DNA of 64,000 nt. Source: Mobula hypostoma. Its lineage: Eukaryota. Every line of letters starts with the position of its first letter. Within the stretch, counting starts at the first letter, position 1. The DNA is taken from positions 160,272,001 through 160,336,000 of the forward strand of contig NC_086097.1 in the NCBI RefSeq assembly GCF_963921235.1, in the 5' to 3' direction. The position numbers and the translations under genes are program-made. Shown in pieces: positions 1 through 11,451 of this stretch. Under the pieces are notes generated by a model. It saw only the letters and a list, made by a program, of their open reading frames with translations, was not told the origin of the DNA and did no database searches.

Positions 1-212
1 CCTTCAAACCGGAAGGCCACGATCTGTGTAAATCTGAAATAAAATTTCCTCTTCACTGACAATCAACACAGGCGCACCTCAGGGATGTGTGGTTGGCCCA
101 CTACTCTACTCTCTCTCTACTCATGACTGTATGGCTAAGCATAGGTCAAATGCCATCTGTAAATTTGCTGATGACACAACTATTACGGGCAGAATTTCAA
201 ATGGTGATGGTG
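1..212 (+). mobile_element. Rex1/Babar-like LINE, reverse transcriptase fragment
   Basis: Translates INTGAPQGCVVGPLLYSLSTHDCMAKHRSNAICKFADDTTITGRISNGD (PQG and FADD RT motifs). Confidence 0.8.
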
Positions 213-214
213 AT

Positions 215-2295
215 GGCATTTTATTACATGTCCTCCCTTTTGCTATTCTGTTGGATTTGACTCACCTTGTCAGCCATGGTTTTGTCATCCTGTCTTTGGA
301 ATACTTCTTTGGAATGTATCTATCATGCATCTTCCAAATTGTTCCAGAAACTCCAGCCATTGCTTCTCTGCCGTCATCCTTGCTAATGTCTCCCTCCAAT
401 CAACTTTGGCCAGCAATTCTCTCATGCCTCTGTAATTCACGGAAACATAGAAACATAGAAAAACTACAGCACATGTCCTTCAGCCCATGACGCTATGCCA
501 AACATGTACTTATTTTATAAACTACCTAGGGTTACCCATAGCCCTCTATTTTTCTAAGCTCCATGTACCTATCCAAGAGTCTCTTAAAAGACCCTATTGT
601 ATATGCCTCCAGCACCGTTGCCGGCAGCCCATTCCACGCACTCACACTCTCTGTGTAAATAACTTACCAATGACATCTCCTCTGTACCTACTTCAAAGCA
701 CCTTAAAACTGTGCCCTCTCGTGTTAGCCATTTCAACCCTGGGAAAAAGCCTCTGACTATCCACACGATCAATGCCTCTCATCATCTTATACACCTCTAT
801 CAGGTCACCTCTCATCCTCCATCACTCCAGGGGAAAAGGCCGAGTTCACTCAACCTATTCTCTTAGGGCATGCTCCCCAATCCAGGCAACATCCTTGTAA
901 ATCTTCTTTGCATCTTTCTATAGTTTCCACATCCTTCCTGTAGTGAGGTAACCAGAACTGAGCACAGTACTCCAAGTGGGGACTGTCCAGGGTCCTATAA
1001 AGTTGTAATATTACCTCTCAGCTCTTAAACTCAATCCCATGGTTGATGAAGGCCAATGCACCATATGCCTTCTTAGCCATAGAGTCAACCTATGCAGCAA
1101 CTTTGAGTGCCCTGTGGACTCAGATCCCAAGATCCATCTGATCTTTCACACTGCCAAGAGTCTTACCATTAATACTATACTCTGCCATCATATTTTGACC
1201 TACCAAAATGAACCACCTCACACTTATCTGGGTTGAACTCCATCTGCCACTTCTCAGCCCAGTTTTGCATCCTATCAATGTCCCGCTGTAGCCTCTGACA
1301 GCCCTCCACACTATCCACAACACCCCCAACTTTTGTGTCATCAGCAAATTTACTAACCCATCCCTTCACTTCCTCATCCAGGTCATTTATAAAAATCACG
1401 AAGAGAAGGGATCCCAGAACAGATCCCTAAGGTACACCACTGGTCACTGACCTCCATGCAGAATATGACCCATTTACAACCACTCTTTGCCTTCTGTGGG
1501 CAAGCTAATTCTGGATCCACAAAACAAGATGTCCTTGAATCCCATGCCTCCTTACTTTCTCAATACGGTCTTGCATGGGGTACCTAATCTAATGCCTTGC
1601 TGATATTCCTGCACTCCACTGTAATACTGATACATCTGACTTTAGCTTTACCTTCTCAATTGCAGGATTAACTCTATCATGTTATGATCACTGATTCCTA
1701 AGGGTTCCTTTACCTTAAACTATCTAATCAAATCCACTTCATTACACAACACTCAATACAGATTAGCTGATTCCCTCGCACAAGCACAACCTGTTCTGAA
1801 AAGCCATCTTCTGGGCATTCTACAAATTCTCTCTTGGGGTCCAAAACAAACCTAGTTTTCCTAATCTACCTGCATATTGAAATCCCCCATGACTGGCGTA
1901 ACATTGCCCTTTTGATATGACTTTTCTATCTCCTGTTGTAATTTTTAGCCCACATTCTAGTTACTGTTTGGAAGCCTGTATATAACTCCCATTGGGGTTT
2001 TTTTTATCCTTGCAATTTCTTAACTCTACCCACAAGGATTCTACATCTTCCAGTCCTATATCATCTCATCGAAGGATTTGATTTAACTTTTTACCAACAG
2101 AGTTATGTCATCCTCTCTGCCTACCTGCCTGTTATTTTGATATAATGTGAATCCTTGGACGTTAAGCTCATAACTATAGTCTTCTTTCAGCTACGACTCA
2201 TTGATGCCCACAACATCAGATTTGCCCATCACTAACTGAGCTACAGGATAATCTACTTTATTCCATACACTGTGTGTATTAAAATAAAACACCTT
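215..2295 (-). mobile_element. Older CR1 LINE fragment (endonuclease/linker region), split by a younger CR1 at 443-1605
   Basis: Colinear with the CR1 copy at ~13550-14220; 'ctcatgcctctgtaattc' before the insert continues as 'cctgcactccactgtaatactgat' after it. Confidence 0.7.
443..1605 (-). mobile_element. 5'-truncated CR1 LINE (RT C-terminus, 3' UTR and tail)
   Basis: Minus ORF 1175-1399 [34 protein letters not shown]; tail read on + as aaacatagaaacatagaaa at ~443-461. Confidence 0.92.
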
Positions 2296-2769
2296 CAAAT
2301 ATATTCATATGTAATAAACTCCATCCATCTGCTATTTATCAGCCCACTTTTCCATCTGGTCCTATCCCATCTGAAAACAAACAGGACATAAGAAATAGGA
2401 CAAAGAGTGACTTCCATTCACTTTTCAAATGAAACAAAATAACGCCACAGGAACATAGGCAGAAAATGATAAATTATTTGTTTTCACAAAAGAAATTGAA
2501 CTATTAAAATTATTAATAGAATGTGTGTTGCTTAATAAATATTTGCTTGATTTACTTTTAATAAACTTGTTGGAAAGTTAAAGGACAATATAATCATTTT
2601 CTTCTGTCTTCCGCTGAAACAAATGATAACCCAGCAATTCCAGACATTGAAATAAATTGAAGGCTTGATTTCTCAGCACGTTACCAACATCCCAAATAGC
2701 TAAAATCATTAAAACATTCCGTTTAAAAAAAAAGCAAGAAAAATTTACATTCATTCAACTGCTTTCAAA

Positions 2770-3125
2770 GTGTGTTTTGTGGCCAATTAAGTACTTTTAA
2801 AGAATGGCAATGCAGATTGGAATGATATGACAGCCAATTTATGCTGTGCAAGCTCTCACAAAAACTAGTGTGATAATGATCAGATAAATGTTTAGAAATG
2901 CAACCAGGACAGTGGGAGTAATGCCCTGTTCTGCTTTGAAAGCAGTACGAGAAATATTTCTTGCATGCATGGGAGATAAAGACATGATCTGGTTTTAACA
3001 TCTGATCAGCACTTCCTCAATACTATGCATAAAGTTTCAGCGTAGGAATTTGGGTATAGGTATCTGGAATGGAGTTCATACCCATAAGTGCTTGACTCTC
3101 AAAAGAAGCAAGCTACCTTATGTGG
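2770..3125 (-). mobile_element. Ancient Deu-domain tRNA-derived SINE (SacSINE1-like), degraded
   Basis: Ordered matches to the recalled antisense DeuSINE consensus: cagccaattt..gcaagctctcacaaa..gtgataatgatcagata..ccaggacag..gcacttcctcaatact..ctggaatggagttcataccca (B-box remnant). Confidence 0.65.
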
Positions 3126-4429
3126 TGTCATTTACAGGAATTCAAGGAGCTAAAGACTACTTACAAGATTAGGATAAAGTGTGATGGAGGGAAAAGAGTG
3201 GTGTAGCACATGTGCATATCTTCTTTTTGGAATTTAGGCGTGAGTTTCAAGCAACACATCAGCAAGCAAACATTAAGAATTGCAGTCCAACTAACGTTTC
3301 CAGCCACAGCTGATTTGAAGCCTATCCACTTTTCCGGTATTCAAGCCAGTAACATTGAGTTCACATAAAATTTACTAATATACACTACTACTCCTACAGA
3401 GAAAGACTTTGTTTACTATTTAAATTCCCAATACTAATGCAGCATCTTTAATGTGGAGGAATGTACCAAGGCAACTTAACTGGGATTCTATGATACATAT
3501 TTAATACTAACCTCCTTGGACCTTAACCCACCACACACATTCGCGGCCCATCTGCACTTACCCCTGTGGAATTTGGAGGGCTGATCTTGCTGATGTGGTA
3601 TTCGGAGGCATGCAGTGAAGTGTAGCATGGTCTTGGCAGAAAACATTTCTAAGGTGGTAAATCCCTAGGACTCCCTGTCCTACAGTATTCATATGTAGCC
3701 TTGGTATATGATGGTGTTTGACAGGAGGCAACAGTGGAAATGAAATTTCACCTTCTGTCAAAACTGGAATTGCATTTTTTAAAGAAGTTATTATTATTTA
3801 AAATATGAATTTACTTAGTATAAAACATACCTTGAGATGTTTGCAGATAACATTGTTGAAAAGGTGGTTGCTATAGTGATCTATCACGTGGCTGACAGTG
3901 CTGGTCAAGTTACAGGAAGTTGTTTAACCATATATACTGTATTAAAGGGAGATCTTGTCATTAATGAAGAGGGTATTGTTGAACTGGAAATCTGAGTTAT
4001 GGACCATAATAAGTAAGCTGAGAGGTATGCCCATAAGAAAGAATGCCTTTGTTTGCTGTTGCCAGAGGTTGATGTGAGAGAACTCCTTTCACTTCTTATG
4101 AGAAGAAAATTATTTCCCAGATTGATTGAGAAGTCTTTGTCTTTGAACTCTAGTTATGGCTGAGTAGTGTGAAGGCCTATCCTAAAATTGCTATTGCAAC
4201 AGTCAGCAAAAAGGATGCAAGAAATTTAAGCATTATAAGTCAAATTGGATCTAATAATCATTTATATAAAAACTACAGACATCCTGCACAATTTTAGATG
4301 GATGTTTTATATTACAGATATATTTTGATGTTCTTTTTATACATATATTTTTGATCTTTATACAAATTAAATTTCAATAGCATGCCGTTGGTATTTCAAT
4401 ACCAATTCAATACAAATCTCAATACTATG

Positions 4430-6420
4430 CCATGCCATTGGAGCACCAGACCATTGTCTCCCACACCACCACCAATCTTATTGACTCTGGGGAGCTCCCA
4501 TCCACCGCCACAACTGCATAGATCCTGCACCCTGCACCTCTCGTTTCTACCTCCTACCTAAGATCCACAAACCCGCTTGTTCAGGTAGACCCATTGCTTC
4601 AGTAAGTTTCTGCCCCACTGAACTCATATCAGCATACCTTGACTCAGTTTTATCACCCCTAATTCAGTCCCTTCCTGCCTCCATCCGTGACACCTCACAT
4701 GCTTGGAGGTCCCTTGGCCCCCAGCATCTTATTTTTATGTTGGATATCCAGTCCTTATACACCTCCATCCCCCACTAGGAAGGGCTCAAAGCTCTCCTTT
4801 TCTTTCTGGACATCAGACCCAACCAGTTCCCCTCCACCACCACTCTCCTCTGCCTAATAGAAAGTGTCCTCATTCTCAATAATTTCTCCTTTGGCTCTTC
4901 CCATTTTTTTCAAACAAAAAGGGCAGCCATGGGCACTCACGTGGGTCCCGGCTATACCTACCTGTTTGTTGGCTACATGGAACAGGCTATGTTCCAATCC
5001 TACACTGGTGACCATCCCACACTTTTCCTATGCTACATTGATGACTGCATTGGTGCTGTTTCCTGTGCCCGTGCTAAACTCGTCGACTTCATCCACTTTG
5101 TTTCCAAATTCCACCCTGCCTTCAAATTCACCTGGTCCATTTCCAAAACCTCCCCTCCCTTTCTCGATCTCACTGTCTTTATCTCTGGAGACAGCTTATC
5201 CACTGATGTCTATGACAAACACATGGACTCTCACAGCTACCTGGACTATACCTCATCCCACCCTGTTACTAGTAAAAATGCTACCCCTCCACTCAATTCC
5301 TCCACCTCCACCACATCTGCTCTCAGGATGAGGCTTTTCATTCTAGAATGAAGGAGATGTCCTGCTTTTTTCCAGGAAAGGAGCTTCCCTTCCTCCACCA
5401 TCAACACTGCCCTCAACTGCATCTCTTCAATTTCACACACGTCTGCTCTCACCCCATCCTCCCACCACCCTACCAGGGATAGGGTTCCTCTTGTCCTCAC
5501 CTACCACCCCATCAGCCTCCACGTCCAGCTCATAATTCTCCAAAACTTCTGCCACATCCAACAGGATCCCACCACCAAGCACATCTTTTGCTGCCCCCCA
5601 ATTTCTGCTTTCCGCAGGGGTCACTCCCTACGCAACTCCATTCGTCCCTCCCCTCTGATCTCCCTTCTGGCACTTATCGTTGCAAGCCGGACAAGTGCTA
5701 CATCTGCCCCTACACCTCCTCCCTCACTACCATTCAGGGCCCTAAACAGTCCTTTCAGGTGAGGCGACACTTCACCTTTGAGTCTGATGGGGTCATTTAC
5801 TGTGTTAGATGCTCCCAGTGTGGCCTCCTGTATATCGGTGAGACCCAACGTAGATTGAGAGACTACTTCGCTGAGCATCTACACTCCCTCTGCCAGAATA
5901 AGCGGGATGTCCCAATGACCATCCTTTTCAATTCTACTTCCTATTCCCATTCCAATATCTCCATTCATGGCCTCCCCCACTGTTGTGATGAGACCACACT
6001 TGGGTTGGAGGAACAATACCTTTTATTCCGTTTGGGTAGCCTCCAACCTGATGGCATGAATATCAACTTCTCAAGCTTCTGGTAATGCCTCCCAAACTTC
6101 TTTCTCCATTCCCCATCCCCTTTTCCCTCTCTCACCTTACCTGCTTGCCTGCCCATCGCCTCCCTCTGGTGCTCCTCTCACCTTTTCTTTCTTCCACGGT
6201 CTTCTGTCTCTTTCACCAATCAACTTCCCAGCTCTTTACTTCATCCCTCCCCATTCAGGTTTCACCTATCACCTGGCGTTCTCTCTCCCCTCCACCCCGC
6301 CCCCACCTTTCAAATCTACTCCTCAGCTTTTATTCTCCAGTCTTGTCGAAGTGTTTTGGCTCGAAACATCGATTGTACTTTTTCCATAGATGCTGACTTC
6401 CTCCACCATTTTGTGTGTGT
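4430..6420 (+). mobile_element. Penelope-like retroelement (RT plus GIY-YIG endonuclease), 5'-truncated and frameshifted
   Basis: RT motifs GAAMGTHVGPGY and YIDD (ORF 4929-5351); GIY-YIG VIYCVRCSQCGLLYIGETQRRL (ORF 5588-6085); pyrimidine-rich 3' region; probable TSD TCAATACTATG 4419-4429 / TCAATACCATG 6421-6431. Confidence 0.92.
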
Positions 6421-6819
6421 TCAATACCATGGACTGGTTTCTACACATTTCCAGAGCATAGTTTATGAAAAGGTAATTAGGGTAGGTTAGATTTGTGGGA
6501 AACATCTCTACATCATAACACGAATATTAGGAAGATATCTCTGCTTCTGTATTTTTGGAGAAATGTACACAGAGCAAATGTCTTTTGCTCTTTTTGCTGT
6601 TCATTTGCTTTTAATAAAGCTGTTCTATAGTTGTCAGCCCAAGCCTCAATTTAATGTTTGAATCTTTCTCTAACATCTCAGATGCAATAGGAACTTTTCA
6701 TATGCGGTACTACCGGAACAAGACACCCTGCTTGAACACTGGCAGCAAATATAGCAGCAGTGAAATATAGATGCAGTGAGAAGCATTAAACATAACGATT
6801 TTTTTTAAGGATGGAAGGA

Positions 6820-7850
6820 AGCATGTGCCGTTTCGTCCTTCAAGCCTGTTCTGCCGCTCTCTAATATAATGGTTGGTTCAAGCTCAGCACAATTCTCCTG
6901 GACTCTTGAATCCCTTATTCAAATTTCTCTCAACCTCTCATTCAAAAGAACCCACAGGCTGAGCTCCACACCCTTTAGTTTGGAATTCTGAAGATTTACC
7001 ACCTTCTGGTGAAATTTCTCCTTGTGTCTGAAAAGTTCTTCTCTTTATGCTGAGACTGGTCTTATAGTTCAAGACTTCTCAACCTAGTGGAGTAAGCATG
7101 TAAGGATTTTGTAATTTCAGTGAGATCTCCACTCATTTTTCTGAACTCTTGAGAATATAGGCCAAGTCCACTTAGTCTGTCCTTGTATGGCAATCCCGCC
7201 ACGCTGGAATCAGTGATTCCTTGCTGCAGTCCTCTAATAGTTGGCATGTATAGGCTTAGGAGACAATAAATTCACAGTGTAGTCCAGCTGTGGTTTCATC
7301 AACACCTTACAGAACTGCAGGAAGATAAATGTACTGTCCCACTCAAATCCCTTCTCATAAAAGGGCGATATACCATTTTCTTGCCTAATGTTTTGCCGGA
7401 ACTATGTTTTAGTTTTGAGCATCTTGTATGCAAGACTGCCAAAGTCCCTTGGGACATCAGCATTACAAAATCTGCCAACAGTGAAAAAAAATCCTTGATT
7501 TTCTGTTTTTTTGCACTGAAGTAAATAACTTCACTTTTCCAGATTCCATCTGCTATGTTCCTGCCCACTTACTCAGCTTGTCCACATCCCCTTGAAGCCT
7601 ACCTGTATTCTCCATGCTACTATTAGTTTATAAACTGCAAACTTAGAACTATGACAAATCTTTGATATAGGTCATGAATAGTTGTAGCCCAACTACCAAT
7701 TCCCTTGGCACTTTATGAGTATTAGCTTCCAAAACTGAAAATATCTATTTATTCCTATTTCTTTTTGCTTTCTTTCCAATTTCCAATTCTTAATCCATAT
7801 CAGTATATTACCCTCAATATTATGTGCTTTAATGTTGTTGACCAACCTAC
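6820..7850 (-). mobile_element. Old, highly degraded CR1 LINE 3' half
   Basis: Minus ORF 7062-7247 contains AGLPYKDRLSGLGLYSQEFRKMSGDL, the CR1 ORF2 C-terminal motif. Confidence 0.7.
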
Positions 7851-7964
7851 TGTGCAATGACACAGGAAAATCTGAGTTTGTTTTTAAACTTACCGATCAT
7901 CCTGCACCTCAGTTAACTTTGCTGCTGCTCTCACGGCTATACTTTGTTGAATATTCCTGGAGAG

Positions 7965-8640
7965 TATTATGGAACACAGTGAGACTTAGTTTTGTAAGTA
8001 CATAGTTCCCTGAAAGTAATGACATGGGTACACAGAATAGTGAATAATGCATTCAGAAAGCTGGACTTCATCACTCAGAGCACTGTGTGAAGAAGTCGGA
8101 TTGTCACGTAATAATATTACAAGACGCTGGTGATACCACACTTAAAGCATTGTGCACACTCCTGGCCACCTAGCAATAAAAGGGATGTAAATTAAGCTGG
8201 ATAAGGTGAAGGAAAAATTCACAACACTGGAACTGGATAACTTGAGTTATAAGGAGAAGCTGAATAGCCTGCGGCTTTTTCCCCTCGAGTATAGCAGGCT
8301 GAGAGACTATCTTATACAGGTGGCATGTGCCGCTAGGCTTTTGTATCTTCCGTCTATTGGGAAGGATGGTAAAAAGAGAATGTCTAGTGTGAGTTGCTCT
8401 TTCATTACGTTGGCTGCTTTACACAGGCAGTGAGAAGTGTGGACAGAGTCCATGTGGGGAGGCTGGTTTCTGTAAGTCAAAGTCTCAGTAAAGTTATTAT
8501 CCAAATACATATACATCACCATATACTACCTTGAGATTCATTTTCTGGCAGGCATTTACAGAAAAGTAAAGAAAAGCACAGAATTTATGTAAAACTGTAC
8601 ATAAAGACTGACAAACAATCAATGAGCAAAAGTTTGCCAT
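7965..8640. mobile_element. Mosaic of degraded CR1 (+) and Rex-like (-) LINE 3' fragments
   Basis: LSYKEKLNSLRLFPLEYSRLRDYLIQV (CR1 C-terminus) abuts sequence resembling the Rex-like tails at ~28270-28700 and ~43650-44110. Confidence 0.55.
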
Positions 8641-9873
8641 TTAAAAACTCACTTTTATAAGTTTGTAAGAATTGAGACCTTGGAGCACTGCAAAACTGGG
8701 CAAAAATGTATTGAAGCCAGACGAAGGAGGGTGGTTGTGGTTGATAATTTAGAGTTGACAACAGAAAGAGAGGGCAATTTTTAAATTAAGTTTAATTTAA
8801 AGGCAGCATGCAAATTTGTGCTGCAAGTGCTTTAGAAAGCTGATATGGTTGTAAAGTGCCAATGTACATTAGTCTGTTAGACACACGAGATCCCAGGAGG
8901 AAATCTCCAACTTTGTGTAATATCTAATAAGTCTTGGGATCCAGGACTTTCCATTGAAATTGTTAGCACAGATAAATGATGCACCAATGGTTTTTAGGCC
9001 ATGTCTCTTTATATTGGACAAATAAACAAAATTAATTAACCTATATATAGCGTATATGTTGCTCTTTCTAACTTTTCAGGTGGAGAAATAAGCAATTTGG
9101 CAAAATGGTTTGTAATTACAGTAGTTTCGTGTCAGGATGGCTTGTATCCTTGAAAATTGATTCCCATGTCAATCCGGGTGCAGTGGAGAAAACTGTTCCC
9201 ACAGATCATTCTGAACACAGTATTAGCTGGCCTGGTGTTACTGTGAGTTACATCTGCTGTCTTCCTGCCCAATTATTCCTTCTCCATTGCGATACACCCA
9301 CACATGGCTTTTTGCATTCACTCACTCTGACTACGTTTTAGCATTTTAATTTCTGTCACTACTGTGTTGGTATCTTGGAATTTGATTTATTAACTTCACT
9401 ATATAAGTCTGACCTGAAGTAAAATGCTTTTTGATTGTACTGTGACATTTCAGTCCTGTACAAGTTCATCGACAGCAACTTGCACAACGGTTAATGAGTA
9501 AAAATTGGCTTTTTTCACTTACCTTTATAAGTTGGAGGATAGAATCATTGGAGCACTATTAAACATGGGCAAAAAGATCTACGTATATTGTAACAGCTGT
9601 GCAGGCCATTTAGTATGTAACTATTTCCTTGTTAAAAATATCAGTAGGGCATGTGAACACAACTGCATTTGCAACAGGTATCCACTTCAAAAATCATCAG
9701 AAACAAGCTATGGTGTACCTCCCTAGTCCACATTTCAATCCAAGTATTTTGGCATGCAGAGAATGGCTTAATAATGTGCACTGCCAAAGGAAGAAAAAAT
9801 TCCTGGAGTTTTTCTCTTCAAGATTGAAGATTCAAGATTGTTTAATGTCATTCTTGTACACAAGTGTAAAGAA

Positions 9874-11451
9874 AGGCAGATAAATCCCCAGGGCCAGATG
9901 GTCTGCATCCCAGAGTGCTTAAGGAAGTAGCCCAAAAAATAGTGGATGCATTAGTGATAATTTTTCAAAACTCTTTAGATTCTGGACTAGTTCCTGAGGA
10001 TTGGAGGGTGGCTAATATAACCTCACTTTTTAAAAAAGGAGGGAGAGAGAAACTGGGGAATTATAGACCGGTTAGCCTAACATCGGTAGTGGGGAAACTG
10101 CTAGAGTCAGTTATCAAAGATGTGATAACAGCACATTTGGAAAGCAGTGAAATCATCGGACAAAGTCAGCATGGATTTGTGAAAGGAAAATCATGTCTGA
10201 CGAATCTCATAGAATTTTTTGAGGATGTAACTAGTAGAGTGGATGGGGAGAACCAGTGGATGTGGTATATTTGGATTTTCAAAAGGCTTTTGACAAGGTC
10301 CCACACAGGAGATTAGTGTGCAAACTTAAAGCACACGGTATTGGGGGTAAGATATTGATGTGGATAGAGAATTGGTTGGCAGACAGGAAGCAAAGAGTGG
10401 GAATAAACGGGACCTTTTCAGAATGGCAGGCAGTGACTAGTGGGGTACCGCAAGGCTCAGTGCTGGGACCTCAGTTGTTTACAATATATATTAATGACTT
10501 GGATGAGGGAATTAAATGCAGCATCTCCAAGTTTGCAGATGACACGAAGCTGGGCAGCAGTGTTAGCTGTTAGGAGGATGCTAAGAGGATGCAGGGTGAC
10601 TTGGATAGGTTAGGTGAGTGGGCAAATTCATGGCAGATGCAATTTAATGTGGATAAATGTGGCAAAAACAGGAAAACAGATTATTATTTGAATGGTGGCC
10701 GATTAGGAAAAGGGGAGGTGCAACGAGACCTGGGTGTCATTATACACCAGTCATTGAAAGTGGGCATGCAGGTATAGCAGGCGGTGAAAAAGGCGAATGG
10801 TATGCTGGCATTTATAGCAAGAGGATTCGAGTACAGGAGCAGGGAGGTACTAGTGCAGTTGTACAAGGCCTTGGTGAGACCACACCTGCAGTATTGTGTG
10901 CAGTTTTGGTCCCCTAATCTGAGGAAAGACATCCTTTCCATACAGGGAGTACAAAGAAGGTTCACCAGATTGATTCCCGGGATGGCAGGACTTTCATATG
11001 ATGAAGGACTGGATGAACTAGGCTTATACTCGTTGGAATTTAGAAGATTGAGGGGGGATCTGATTGAAACGTATAAAATCCTAAAGGGATTGAACAGGCT
11101 AGATGCAGGAAGATTGTTCCCGATGTTGGGGAAGTCCAGAACGAGGGGTCACAGTTTGAGGATAAAGGGGAAGCCTTTTAGGACCGAGATGAGGAAGAAC
11201 TTCTTCACACAGAGAGTGGTGAATCTGTGGAATTCTCTGCCACAGGAAACAGTTGAGGCCAGTTCACTGGCTATATTTAAGAGGGAGTTAGATACGGCCC
11301 TTGTGGCTAAAGGGATCAGGGGGTATGGAGGGAAGGCTGGTACAGGGTTCTGAGTTGGATGATCAGCCATGATCATACTGAATGGCGGTGCAGGCTCGAA
11401 GGGCCAAATGGCCTACTCCTGCTCCTATTTTCTATGTTTCTATGTTTCTAT
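9874..11451 (+). mobile_element. Relatively young 5'-truncated CR1 LINE (near-complete RT domain, few disablements)
   Basis: ORFs 9915-10316 (NYRPVSLTS, QHGF), 10256-10573 ([25 protein letters not shown]) and 10784-11353; ends in (TTTCTATG)3 tail. Confidence 0.95.
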
